This document shows positions 1 through 12,799 of a stretch of 64,000 nt of DNA, one piece after another; position 1 is the stretch's first letter, and each line of letters begins with the position of its first letter. Made by a program: the position numbers and the translations under genes. The stretch spans positions 72,046,001-72,110,000 of the forward strand of contig NW_024704742.1 in NCBI RefSeq assembly GCF_018977255.1, read 5' to 3'. The DNA is from Callorhinchus milii (Eukaryota). The notes under the pieces are model-generated. The model ran no database searches. It was not told where the DNA came from and worked only from the letters and a program-made list of their open reading frames with translations.

Positions 1-1897
1 GTGTAGATGACATATGTAGGTGTGTGTGCTGTGTGTAGGTGTGTGCTATGTGTAGATGTGTGTAGGTGCGCGCGACGTGTGTAGGTGCGAGCGACGTGTG
101 TAGGTGCGTGCGACGTGTGTAGGAGTAGGTGACGATGCCTGAGCTGCGGCACTGTGACACAGATTGTGTATTGTGGTGTGGTTGACAGTATCTATGTATA
201 GTTCAGTTCAGACTAACCTGCTATAGGACAGGTATGTTGGTATAGTTCACAGTGTCTCTGTATAGGTGACGGTTCCTTGGTACAGCTGTGTAATAGACAT
301 TACCTTGTCACTCTCTAGGTAATGTGACAGAATCTTGGCACACTTGATGGTATCTTGGTGCAGTTAGTGATGTTTTGTGTGGTTGGTAGTTGGTATAGCT
401 GATGGTTGGTGTAGTTGGTGATGTCTTGGTGCATTCAACAGTTTCTGCATATCATTGCTGCCGTATTTATTGACAATGCTTTGTTAAGTTGACGATGTCT
501 ATAATAATCTTTGCATTTAATAAAGTGTCTTTGAGTTGTTCTCCCAATGTGAAAAGCGCTATACAAATGTAATGTTGTTGTTGTCTCAAAGAACTTTACA
601 AGATTTACTGTAAAATGCAACTTTACAGTTAATGGTAATTACAGGTGGTTAATGGTGCCCTGGTTAATGGTATCCTGGTGGAGTTAGCGATTTCTTAGTA
701 TAGTTGATGCCATCTAGCTGGACAACAACAACAATATATAACAACAAATTGCATTTATATAGCGCCTTTTACACTGGGAGGAATGCTAAGATGCTGGACA
801 ATCAAGGATCAAGGGTTTGCATCCGAGCTGTGGGCTGGAGTCAAGAGGGGTGGAGGGCAAGTGGGTGTAGCATGGGAAGATGACAGAAGGCACAGTTAAA
901 CTTGAAGGTCTTGAGACGGGCCTTCAAGGAGGCAAGAGAGGGCGCAAGAGGGAGGAAATCTGTAATGGATTTCCACAGGGTGGGACCAGCGAGGCTGAAG
1001 CTGCAATAATGGATATCACTATCTGACAGTAGGTAACTGATCTCCAGGGCACTGCTTACAAAAGGCCAGCCAGCCTGGCTTATCAGTAGGACTTGCACAC
1101 CAGTTACTGCGGCAGAGACTCTTCTCACTTCGCTCCTGTTAACCCTGCAAGCACAAGCCCTAAAGTGCAGAGTGGTCCTAGCTGGATAAGAGTGGGAAAA
1201 GCTTGCCAGACAGTGATATCAATGGCAAGCTATGTGGTTTTAGCTGGTTAGACTCCACCAGTTACCACAAGGCACATTCTGGTGTCCCAAAGCCTTGGCT
1301 CTTGCCAACCTGTACTTTCTGGAATTAGATAAGCAGGATGCATCCCTCCAGGGAGAGAGTACACATTTCATTCCTATAATCTATCTCTGGAATTTCCATG
1401 TGTATGGATGCATGGAAATGTTAGTTTGGTTTGAATACTCTTAAACACGATGATGGGTTTCCGTGTGTGCCAGACACCCAGCTGATCAAAAGCAGAGACT
1501 GATCTCAGCCAGAGTGGAGACAGTTCTTTGTAAGACATTGATGCGCACAAATAATGTGTCAGCTCAGCTCAGCTGGTAGCACTCTCGTTTCTAAGTCAGA
1601 GGCCGTAGGATCAAGCCTCACGTTGGGACTTGTACTCACATAATCTCGGGGAATGGGGGTTTGTACTGCAGAGGTGCCATCCTTCAGATGAAATGTTAAA
1701 CTCAGATTCTGTCTGCCTGTTGAGGACATTGCCAGCACTATTGGTCATCCTCCCAATGTGAAAGGTACTCCATGAATGTAATTTGTTGTTGTTGACATTA
1801 AAGATCCCGCAGTGCTGTTGAAAAAGAAAAGGGAAATTCTCTCTCCGAGTGTTCTGGCCGACAATCCCCCAGTTAAAATCGGTCAGCCTCTCGCCCA

Positions 1898-2032
1898 TCT
1901 CTAGGAACTGGCTTGCTCTGGTTCATCCTGCATCTCCGTCCGTGTGTAAGTCTCGAAGGCAGTGCGCACACCGTAGCCAACCGAGAGTTCATGGAGGTTG
2001 CCAATCAGTGGCCTGACAAAGCAGTGAGCTGC
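1898..2032 (-). pseudogene. Inverted, diverged copy of the VAX2 C-terminal coding sequence (4277-4420) in the preceding intron
   Basis: Aligns to the reverse complement of 4277-4420 with ~20 mismatches plus 6-bp and 3-bp gaps by manual alignment; minus strand reads AAHCFVRPLIGNLHELSVGYGVRTAFETYTRTEMQDEPEQASS*. Confidence 0.93.
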
Positions 2033-2280
2033 TGTCTGTGCCTGTTCATGCGCACATTAAAGATCCTGAGGCACGATTCAAAAAGAGAAGGTAGTTTCTC
2101 TCTCCCGGTGTCCTGGCCAACAATCCCCCAAATAAAATTAGTAACTCACTCCATGGCTGTTTGTGGGACACTGCTGTCTCATTTTGTCCACAAAATATAC
2201 AGTCACTACACTTTACAGCCAATACTTGAAATGCTTTGAAACACCTCAATGACGTTATATGGTGCTCTATACCTGCTGGC

Positions 2281-3908
2281 CCACCACCTGCTGCCTTGAC
2301 GCCCTCCCCACCAACTTGCTAGTCACCCAGCTCCCCCTCCTCTGCCCACTACTGGCTGTCGTCATCAACTAGTCCCTCTGCTCCGGATCAGTCCCTGCCC
2401 CCCTCAAAACTGCTGTCATCAACACCCTCCTCAAGAAACCTTCCCTCAAACACCAGCCATTACTGCCCTATCTCTAATCTGTCTTTCCTCGCAAAAGTTC
2501 TAGAACGCGTTGTTGCCAATCAACTCCGCGCTCACCTCTCCTCCCACTCCCTCTTCAAACCCCTCCAGTCCGGTTTCCGCCCACAGTACAGAGACTGCGC
2601 TTGTGAAAGTCACAAACGACATCCTCTCTATTTGTGACCAGGGCTCCCTCTGCCTCCTTGCCCTCCTGGACCTCTCCGGGGCGTTCAACACAGTTGATCA
2701 CACCATCCTCCTCCACCGCCTTTCTTCCGTCATCCACCTCAGTGGGACCGCACTTGCCTGATTCGAGTCCTACCTCACAAACCGCCAGCAGTATATCTGT
2801 ACAAACGGCTTCTCCTCCCGCTCTCACCCGGTTACCTGCGGGGTACCCCAAGGATCCATTCTTGGCCCCCTCCTCTTTCTGATCTACATGCTCCCTCTTG
2901 GGGATGTCATCTGCAGACATGGGGTACATTTCCACATGTATGCGGACGACACCCAACTCTATTTTTCTGCCTCTCTTTGTGACCCCCAGTCCCTTGATGT
3001 TCTGTCAGCCTGCCTCTCAGACCTCAGGAGCTGGATGAGCACAAACTTCCTTCAGCTGAACGTTGATAATAATAATCCTTGCATTTGATAAGATGGAAGC
3101 CATACTCTTTGGCTCTCGTCAACGTCTAAAATCTCATGGCTCTCACCTACTCCACCTACCCGACCTCTCCCTAAAACTCTCTGAACTCGTATGCAACCTA
3201 GGCGTCAGGTTCGACCCCCAATTATCCTTCCTCCCCTATATCCAGTCCCTCACCAGCATCGCCTTCTTCCACCTCCGATGCATCGCCCGCCTCCGCCAAT
3301 ACGTCACTCCAAAAGCCACTGAAACCCTAGTCCATGCCTTTGTCACCTCTTGGCTGGACTATTCTAACGTCCTCCTCGCCGGTCTCCCCTCCACTACCAT
3401 CCATAAAATCCAGATCATTCAAAACTCTGCCGCTCACATTCTCACCCGCACCAATCTCCGCTCTCCGATTACCCCAGTCCTTGCCAGACTGCACTGGCTG
3501 CCTGTCCCAGAGAGGATCGACTTCAAGATCCTCACCCTTGTACTCAAATCCCTCCACTCCTCTGCACCCCCCTACCTCTCTGACCTCTCTCCTCAAAACA
3601 GTACCCATTGTTTTCGTTCCTCCGGGTCTGGCCTCCTCCTCGACCCCCGAGTCCTCCGCTCCGCCCTCGGCGGCCGTGCTTTCAGCCACTGTGCCCCGAG
3701 GCTTTGGAATTCCCATCCTCACTCCCTTCAACTCGCCCCCTCTCTTCCTATTTTCAGATCTCTGCTGAAGACCTTTCTTTTCGACCGCGCCTTTGGTCAC
3801 CTTCCTCCCCCTCCCCCTGGCTCGGCCCCGGGATCCGTTGCAGTGAAGCGCTCTGAGACGCCGTCAGGGGTGGAGGGCGCCATATAAATCCAAGTTGTTG
3901 TTGTTGTT
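2281..3908 (+). mobile_element. 5'-truncated L2 (subfamily A) ending ~45 bp upstream of the VAX2 acceptor
   Basis: HMYADDTQLY, LHWLPVPERIDFK, (TTG)n tail; closely similar to 53080-54655. Confidence 0.92.
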
Positions 3909-3952
3909 TAATGCAAGAATTATTATCACAGTTTTATTAATTTCTTCCCCAG

Positions 3953-4417
3953 GTTAAAGTTTGGTTCCAGAACAGACGGACGAAGCAGAAGAAGGACCAG
4001 AGTAAAGACTGTGAGCAGGGCTCGCCCGGCTCCTCCGAGTCTGTGGCCACGTGTAACATCCTGCGTTTGCTGGAGCAGGGCCGTCTGCTGGCCCCCCCAG
4101 CCCCCAGCCTCCTGCCCCTGGCTCCTAACGCCCTGGGCTCCGCACAGGGCAACGGATCGAGCCTGGTCAGCTCCACCACCCCCTCACCCAGGCTGAGCAG
4201 CACCCCACCTGGACAGCACCCGTTCAGCCTGCCTGCACCCACTCTGGGCTGTCCATCCCCCGGCCCCCACCTGCCGGCAGCTCTCTGCTTTGCTGGGCCA
4301 GTGATGGGCAACCCCCATGAACTCTCGGCCGGCTACAGTGTGGGAATGTCTGCCTTCGAGCCTTACACACGGACGGAGAGGCAGGACGAGGCAGTGGTGG
4401 AGCGAGCCAGTTCCTAG
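3953..4417 (+). CDS. VAX2: Terminal coding exon of a ventral anterior homeobox gene (most likely VAX2); upstream exons lie outside the window
   Basis: Acceptor tttcttccccAG (3951-3952), then homeodomain helix 3 VKVWFQNRRTKQKKDQSKD, VAX motif ATCNILRLLEQGRLL and C-terminal SAFEPY, stop TAG at 4415-4417. VAX2 preferred over VAX1 from QSKD/ATCNIL similarity and linkage to ANKRD53. Confidence 0.9.
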   Translation, partial: VKVWFQNRRTKQKKDQSKDCEQGSPGSSESVATCNILRLLEQGRLLAPPAPSLLPLAPNALGSAQGNGSSLVSSTTPSPRLSSTPPGQHPFSLPAPTLGCPSPGPHLPAALCFAGPVMGNPHELSAGYSVGMSAFEPYTRTERQDEAVVERASS

Positions 4418-5654
4418 AGACAGGAGTGATGCTGAACTGATGTCAAGGACAAAGCTTCCCACGGAGACATTTTTGCTCACTCCCCTCCCCCACCGCAGTC
4501 GGGGAGCTCAGGGAGTGGAGGGGGACAGCGTTGACCTCCTCCCATTAGATGGAGGGAACCAGATTTCATGTTGCACACCCTCCACTGACACTGTCTCACC
4601 ACAGGGGGCGGCGTGGCTCTCTCACACCCACCACAGGGGTTTGTGCCGACAGCTGTAGCAGCCATGTTGGGAATGGCGTGGGTTTGCCTGATGGGTGGCA
4701 TCTCTGTTATTTTTCTGGTGACGCTTTCCTCTCCCAACACCACTCCCCTGCACTCTTACCCACCACCCCGCCCTCCCGCCCCGCTCCACCCCCTGGTTTC
4801 TGGTGCTAATACACTCACAATATTGTAAATGACTCAGTCACCCATCCACCAATCCCCCTGTGTCTGTCTCACACCATCTCTTGCCTCCTCATATCAAATG
4901 CCACCAGCGTGTTCTCTCTCCCCATCCCCTGCCCCTCCCCTGCTTCCTGTTGCAGCTGTACATTTCCTGCAAACTTTCAATGTCTTAAAAGCGCATTAAC
5001 CTCACAAGAAAGTGTTTGGGACGTTTTCTGTTGGGGTGGTGGGGCGCGGTTACGTTCACTGCCAGGCAACTCAGTGACACGAGGTGGGGTAGAGGGGGGG
5101 GGTCTGCAGCCCCTTTAATTGACTGGCTGGCTCCTGTGATGAGCTTTGACAGTGCCCACCACCCCTATCGACCTATATGCCCTGACACTTGTGCTGGCTA
5201 CTCACTGGGATGTAAAGGGTTAAAAACGACATGAAGTATTTTCAGTGACAAACTATAGAGAAGCAAATGTATCAGCTTCAGCCCAGCGCCAGTCACTTTC
5301 CTCCCCCCGCCCCCCACCCCAGGTCTACCCCCAGCCTTCCCCCAGCCACACACACATACACCGCACACACGCACAAACACACACAGAATGGTGGCAGATT
5401 CATCTACAGTTTATTAAATTATAAATTATTCAAAGAGATTTGATGTATTATTTTTGGTCCAGCAAATAGTTCTCCATCTGAGGGAGAGGGGAACAGAAGG
5501 GTGTAGCAGAGGGAATAGAGGGGTGTAGAAGAGAGTTAAATAGAGAGGTATAAGAGACAGGAATAGAAGGGTTTAGGAGAGTGGAATTTTTTTTGGTCAC
5601 CCGGGTGTCTAACACATGTGGAAACCCATCCAAATCAAACAGAATTCCAAGGAT

Positions 5655-6400
5655 TATGGCACAGTAGTAGCACTCTTGCCTCTGAGTCAGCAATTTGTGG
5701 GTTCAAACCCCATGACTTGGAATCATGTAGTCTAAGCTGACACTCCACTGTATTTCTGGGGGTTGTTGCATTGTATCGTGGAGTCCTGTAGCTCAGTGGT
5801 TAGAGCATTCGCTTTGCAAGCGAGAGACCTGAGTTCAATTCCAGGCAGAGGGCGAAACCTTGGGCAAGTTTCCTTACTCCACACGCCTCATAATAATCCC
5901 TACAAAAACAATAATAAATTGGTCATTTTCAATCTACGACTGTTTGTGGGACATTGCTGCGCGCAATTGGCTGCTGCGTTCGCCCACAAATATACAGTCT
6001 ATTCACTTTACAGTGTGTTCTGTGAAGCGCTTTGGGACGTCCTTCCGACATGAAAAGCGCTATATCAAATGCAAGGATTATTATTATTATTGGCGGAGGT
6101 GCCGTCCTTTGGATGAGATGTTAAACCGAGGTCCCGTCTGCCTGTTCAGGTGGACGTTAAAGATCCCATGGCACTATTCAAAAAAAGAATGGTGTTTCTA
6201 TCTCCCAGTGAACTGCCCAACAATCCCCCAAATACAATTGGTCACTCATTCCATGATTATTGTGGGACACTGCTGTGCACAACTGGCTGCCGCATTTTGT
6301 CCACAGAATAGAGTCACGATACTTTACAGTCTATTCTGTGAAGCGCTTTTAGACGTCGAGAAGACGTGAAGTGCTATATCAAATGCAAGGATTATTATTA
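5655..6400 (+). mobile_element. Deu-domain SINE (DeuSINE superfamily), interrupted; other copies near 1560-2270+, 12185-, 13445-, 18170+, 25100-, 28920+, 33530-, 44295+, 45110+, 47220+, 50540+
   Basis: Core GGAGGTGCCGTCCTTTGGATGAGATGTTAAACCGAGGTCCCGTCTG...TTAAAGATCCCATGGCAC resembles the Deu domain. Confidence 0.8.
5780..6090 (+). mobile_element. tRNA(Ala)-derived SINE, short young variant, nested in a Deu-domain SINE
   Basis: Box A TAGCTCAGTGG, TGC anticodon-like loop, box B GAGTTCAATTCC, L2-type tail, (TTA)n. Confidence 0.88.
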
Positions 6401-8011
6401 TAGGAGAGGGGAATAGAGCGTTGTGGGAGAGGGGAATAGGAGGGGTGTAAGAAAGGGCAATAGAGGGGTCCAAGAAAGGGCAATAGAAGAGCGCAGGTGA
6501 GGGAAATAGAGGGGTGTAGGAGAGGGGAATCGAGCGGCTTAGTAGAGGGGAATAGAGAAGTATAAGAGAGGAATAGATCTTATCACATGATTGAAGTGCA
6601 CCAATATGACGTGTGGTGTCTGCTACCTGGCTATTTCTACACTAACCACGTGCATTCCAATAAGATAGTGCCTCAGAGGGCTTTGCAGTGACTGAGCAGG
6701 GGAGGGGGTGGTAACCATAGGAGCAGTGAGGTTTTGAATTGGATTTAAAGAGGGGAAGATGGAGGGGTGGAGGGAGTTCCAGAGGTTAGAGTTGTAGTGT
6801 CTGAAGACTTGGCCAGTGATGGTGGTGGAGAGAGCACACACCGCAGAGTGAATGGAAAGGGTGAGCATAGGAGTGGGGTAGGAAATGAGGGACATGGGGA
6901 TAGGTTGAGGAGTGAATGAAGGGATTTCTAGATTGATTCCTTCATATCTCACCCGAAGGATGGTGTCTCCAACAGTGGAGCGCTCCCCCAACTGGAGCAT
7001 CAGCCTGGACTGTGAGCTCAATGTCCCTGATGTGGGGGCTCAAACCAAGGACCTCAAGCCGAGTGGCTGAGATGGTAATGGTTCCCATTGTGTTTCTGCT
7101 CTGCCATCAACTTCCACCATTGGCTCACTCAAGCCAGGGATTGACCGGCTGAGACCTTATGCCTCTGACTGGCTCAGAGTGAGTCTGATGGACTGCATCC
7201 AATCACAGATCGGAGAAACAAGGTTTGTCAGGGTCAGGTCCCAGTAGTGACCTTGTTACTCTCTGACCCAATTTTGTGCACGACTTTGGCAGAGGTTGAG
7301 GGAGAGGAGTGAGGAGGAATTGGGGGTGGGGGAGGCGGATTAAGTGAGGGGAGGGGAGGAGGAGGGGCGTGAGGGGGAGGCAAGGAGGAGGCGTGCAAGG
7401 AGAAAGGGCGAGTGGGAGAGGGGAATGAGGAAGAGAGGGGGCACGGAGGAGTGGGAGTGAGGCGGAGGTGGGGCAAGGTGGGGTGAGGAGGAGGGGAGCG
7501 AGGGCGGCGAGGAGGAGGGGGGGACAGGGTGTGCAAGGGGAGCGAGGAAGATGATTTTAGGGCCTGAAAATTAAACTTGATTATCCTTTCTGTAGAGAAA
7601 TGCCAGAAGTAATGAGAAGCTGCCCCTCGCTGCAGGGTTGATACCTACCTGGCTGTGTGGGGTGTGAGCCTGGAGGTGGCTGGTATATAGCCACCCTCTG
7701 TCCCCCGCATCTTCACCATCTCAGCTACAATCCCAGCTGGTTAGTCAAACATAACCTTGTGAATCTGTGCTTCATTGCCTGTTCCCGCCCCACCCATCTG
7801 CCACCCGCTCCTCACCACACTGAGAGCTTCCAGCACAAACTCCCCCAGCTCCTTCCACATGAGCACAGTTTCCTGCAGGAGAATCCCTGACTGACATCCC
7901 CATTCTGTTTTTATTTTAGATTTCCAGCATCTGCAGTATTTTGCCTTTCACTTTACAATATGTTTTCTGAACCACTTTGAGATATCTCAATGACGTGATA
8001 AGGCACTAATT

Positions 8012-10830
8012 CAACAACAACAACAACAAGATTCCATTTATAGAGCGCCTTTCACGTCGGGAGGACATCCCAAGGCGCTGGACAGTTGGGTCAGGACCCG
8101 AGAAGGGGGGAAATGGTCAGGGTGAGGGGAGGGAAGGGAGGGAGCGAGGAGGCGGCAAATGGTCAGAGTGAGGGGTGGGAAGGGAGGGGGCGAGGAGGGG
8201 GTAGAGAGTCGAGAGGGGAGCTGAAGGCACGGTCAAAGAGAAAGGTCTTGAGACCGGCCTTGAAGGAGGAAAGGGAGTAGGCGGCGAAGGCACTGGGGGA
8301 TGGAGTTCCAGACCCCAGGGGCTGAGAGGCTGAAGGCCCGCCCACCGATGGTAGGGCGGTTGGGGCGGGGGATGTGGAGCAGACCGGAGCCAGAGGAACG
8401 GAGAATACGGGCAGGTAGGTAGGGGGATAGTAGGTCGGAGAGGTAGGAGGGAGCGAGGCCGTGAATGGCCTTGTAGGTGAGGATGAGGATCTTGAATTCG
8501 ATCCTCTGGGGGATGGGGAGCCAGTGGAGGCGAGCGAGGGTGGGAGTGATGTGGTCGCGAAGCCTGGTGCGGGACAGTACACGAGCTGCAGAGTTCTGAA
8601 TGACCTGCAGCTTGTGGAGGGAGGTGCCGGGAAGGCCGGCGAGGAGAGAGTTCCCATAGTCCAGCCTTGAGGTGATAAAGGCGTGGACCAGGGTTTCAGC
8701 AGCGTGAGGGGTGAGGTAGTGCCTTAGTCTGGCGATGTTTCGGAGGTGATGGAAGGCGGTGCCAGTTGTGGCGCGGATATGAGGAAGAAAGGACAACTCA
8801 GGGTCCAACAGAACCCCAAGGTTCCTGATGGCTTTGAGAGGTGGAGAGTGCAGCCTTGGATGCTGATGCTGTCAGCGCCTGAGGTGCGGAGGAGCTGACG
8901 TGAGCCAATCAGGAGGGCCTCAGTTTTGCGCACGTTGAGCTGAAGAAAGTTGTCTTTCGTCCAGGACTCGATGTCGGACAGGCAGCTGTCAGGACATCGG
9001 TGGTCGTGGAGTTGAGGGTAGAGGAGGAAAGGTAGAGTTGGGTGTCATCCGCATACATGTGGAAGTTAACCCCATGTCTGCGGATGATGTCACCAGGGGG
9101 AGCATATAGAGGGTGAAGAGGAGGGGACCGAGGACAGAGCCCTGAGGGACACCGCACGAGACAGTGCGGGGGTGGAGGAAAAGCCGTTTGTGGAAACAAA
9201 GTGAAGACGGTGGGAGAGGTACGACCTAAACCACTCAAGGACAGGGCCTTGAAGGTTGAGGTGGGAGGACAAGCGGTGGAGGAGGATAGAGTGGTCGACC
9301 GTATCGAATGCTGCCGATAGGTCGAGGAGGACGAGGAGGCAGAGGGAGCCCTGGTCACAGATGGTCAGGATGTCATTGGTGACCTTGACCAGGGCAGTTT
9401 CTGTGCTATGGGCAGCACGGAAACCCGACTGAAGGGGTTCGAATAATGAATGGGTGGAGAGGAAAGAGCGCAGCTGGGAGGCGACAACTCATTCCAGGAC
9501 CTTGGACAGGAAGGGGAGGTTGGAGATGGGCCGGTAGCTTGATAGCTGCGACGCATCAAGGGAGGGTTTTTTCAAAGTGGGAATGATGATGGCAGTTTTT
9601 AGGGGAATGGGAACAGAGCCAGAGGAGAGGGACAGGTTGATGATGTCTGTGATATGTGGGGCAAGGAGGTGGAGCTGAGAGATAAGGAGTGGAGTGGGGA
9701 TGGGGTCAAGGGAGCAGGTGGTGGGTTTCAGGGATAGGATGAGTTTGGTGACAGAGGGTGGGGAAACGGGTACGAAGGTGTGTAGGGAAGGATGGGTAGG
9801 ACTCGGAGTGTGGGAGGGGGTGGGGGATGGGTGGAAGTTGGAGGGGGAGTGACCGCGGAGCGGATTCCCTTGATTTTGGATTCAAGGAAATCCAGCATCA
9901 CCTCACAGTGAAGGTTGGAGGAGATGACCTGCTCGGGGTGGCGGGGGAGACGGAGGAGTTGGGATGTGGTAGAAAACAGAAGCATGGGGTTGTTCTTCGC
10001 CTCCAGGATTATCCTGGAGTAGAAGGATGACTTGGCCGAGGCTAAAGTGGAGGGGTAGATTTTGAGAAGGTCCAGCCAGATTTGTTGGTGGACCTTTAGG
10101 CCAGATTTGAGACAGGTGCGTTCAGCGGCCCGCACCTGGCTCTTCAGTGAGCGGAGGTGGGTGGTGAACCAGCAGGAGGAGCGAGAGAAAGAGACAGTCC
10201 GGGAGGTGATGGGGGCAAGAGTGTCGAGTGTGGAGGAGAGGGTGTTGTGGAGAAGGGTGAGAGGAGAAGAGGGGTCAGTGAGGGTTGAAGGCCAGAGGGA
10301 GAGGAGTTCAGAGGACTCCAAGGCAGCGGTTAGGGATTGTGGGGGTAACTTCTTCCAGGGGCGGTAGAAGATGGTGGTGGGTCTGGTGGAGGTGGGGAGG
10401 GGGGTGGAGGTGGTGAAGGAGATGAAGTGGTGATCGGAGACGGCCTTGTCGGTTATGGTGACATCCGAAACACTGAGGCCCCGGGTGATCACCAAGTCGA
10501 GTGGGTGGCCGTGACTGTGAGTGGGGGAGTTGATGTGGAGGGTGAGGTTGAGCGAGGAGAGCAGGGAAGAGAAGTCCGAGGAGTGGAGCAGGAGGGGGTG
10601 AAGTGCAGGTTGAAGTCGCCCAGGATGATGAGGCGATCAGAGCAGAGGCAGAGAGATGTAAGTAGTGCAGAAATATCGGAGATGAAGGTGGGAGAGGTTT
10701 TAGGGGCCGGTAGAGGAGGAGGATTTTGAGTGAGAGGAAGGAGGGGTGGGAGAGGGTGAGGTGCTCGAAAGAGAGGAAAGAGCCAGAGGAGTGGGGGGAT
10801 AGGGCAAGTGGTGTCCTTGAGATAAGGGCT
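8012..10830 (-). mobile_element. Long L2 (subfamily B), partial EN and RT, frameshifted
   Basis: [31 protein letters not shown] on minus strand; tail seen as (CAA)n at ~8012. Confidence 0.92.
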
Positions 10831-12477
10831 ATTTCAAATGCAAGGATTATTATTGTTCAATCTGACAGGGAGTTTAGGCGAACTTCTTCACACTGAGGGT
10901 GGTGAGAGTGTGGAACTCACTGTCAAAAGTTGTGGTTGAAACAGAAAATATCAACATATTTGAGAGGAAACTAGATGCAGACCCGAGGGAGAGGGAAAGG
11001 GAGCGGTGTAGGAGAGGGGAATAGAGGGGTGGAGAGGGGAATAGTGAGATATAGGAGAGGGGAAAAGGGGGGTGGAGAGGGGAATAGTGAGATATAGGAG
11101 AGGGAAATCGTGAGATGTAGGAGAGGGAAATAGTGGGGTTGGGGCTTGTATGTATAAACATCAGCACAGACCTGTTGGGCTAAATGCCTGTTTCCATGCT
11201 GTACGACTGTATAAATGCCACCAGGTCTGTGTCTGTCTCTCTATTAAACATCCCCATTGATTCCATCTCAACAGCTCTCTGGGGCTAAGCGTCCACACTC
11301 TCACAAGCCTCTGTGTGAGGAAACGCTTCAGTGAGGGTCAGCCTGACCATTAGCGAGTGTCAGGGCCGGCAGTGGCCTGGTTTCCCCTCCCCCCCGGGCC
11401 AGCGTGGTGCTGACACTCCTGACCTCAGGGCCTCCCAGGCGTGGGTCTTGCTGATCCTCGCACCCGCACTTCCCAATAATCCGCCCTTTCCCACACCTGC
11501 CATTGCTCCCCGCTGGGCCCTACAATGGGAGCCCTCCCCCTCCTGTCACTTCCATTGCTGTCAGGATTACCTCTGCCTCAGTTGAACTTGACCCTCCCAT
11601 TCCCTAATAACACGCTCTCCTGCGGCTCAGCACAAGCAGGAAACCACGTTACTCTCGCTCCAGGAAACCCAACTAATTCCCCTCCCAGATGGTGAACCCA
11701 CGAGCTTTGTTGTTCCTCCTGTCCATCATGGAGTTCTGTAGTGTATTGGTTAGAGTGTTGCCTTGCAAGCAAGAGGAACCGCTTTTGATTCCCGGGCAGG
11801 GCAAAACCTTAGGCAAGTTTCCTTACTCCACACGCCTGTTTACCTAGCAGTAAGTAGGAACCCAACTGTTAGTCAATTGGCGGATCGCTTTCCTGGAGTA
11901 ATAATCCCTCAAAAAAAAGTTTGACCGTTCATTCCACAACAGTTTGTGGGGTACTTCTGTGTGCAATTGGCTGCTGGGTTTCACCCCTAAAATATATAGT
12001 CACTACACTTTACAATATATTCTGTGAAGCACTTTGAGATGTCTCCACGACATGATAAGGCACTATATCAAATACAGGGATTATATATCCCCACAGCTAC
12101 ATTTCCTGTTACGCTAATCAAGGCCTAGGCTGACAACCGGCGACTTGGCCCAAATAATCCTCACACAATAAAGGGTCACATCTTATTTCATTTGGGGGAT
12201 TGTTGGCCAGGACACCAAGAGAGAAAAACTCCTTTCTCTCCAATCGTGCCACGGGGTCTTTTCCTCTCCACCTGGAGAGGCAGATGGGACCTCGGTTTAA
12301 CACCTCATCCGAAGAACGGCATCTCCGACAATGCAACACTCACCCAGCACTGCACTGGAGGGTCATCTTAGACTGTGCATATGACTATTCCAAGTCCCGA
12401 TGTGTGGCTTGAACCGACAATCTTCTGAGTCAGAGGAGAGAGCACTGCCATGCTGACTGCCATTGCTAACATAATCA

Positions 12478-12790
12478 TAAATAATAATCCTTGCATTTGA
12501 TATAGTGCTTTTCATGCCTTCTGGACATCTCAAAATGCTTCACAGAATATACTGTAAAGTGCATTGACCATATATTTGTGGGCGAAACTCGCAGCGAATT
12601 GCGCACAGCAGTGTCCCACAAACAGTCGTGGATTGAAGTGACCAATTTATTATTGGGTTTTTTTCTTGAAGAATTATTATCAGGCAGGTGGAGTAAGGAA
12701 ACTTGCCCAAGGTTTTTGCCCTGCCGGGAATCGAACCCAAGTCTCTCGTTTGTGAGGCGAGTGCTCTAACCACTGAGCTGCAGGACTCCA
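12478..12790 (-). mobile_element. tRNA(Ala)-derived SINE; other copies near 11730+, 18915-, 19580-, 19900+, 24302+, 24620+, 25545+, 28038+, 33245-, 36080-, 38150+, 44498+
   Basis: Shared head, core GGCAAGTTTCCTTACTCCAC and tail ATCAAATGCAAGGATTATT. Confidence 0.85.
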
Positions 12791-12799
12791 TAACAAACG

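Noticed and set aside
3063..3887. 274-aa ORF and similar L2-like ORFs as host genes
   Set aside because: Fragments of frameshifted L2 ORF2; no intact RT in the window.
3953..4417. Calling the homeobox exon VAX1 because a shootin gene follows
   Set aside because: Peptide details and ANKRD53 linkage favour VAX2; not formally excluded without a tree.
5413..5418. ATTAAA as the VAX2 poly(A) signal
   Set aside because: Plausible position but unsupported within an AT-rich patch; not listed as a feature.
5780..5852. tRNA-Ala gene
   Set aside because: Head of a multicopy SINE: it runs into the SINE body and lacks a good acceptor stem and poly-T terminator.
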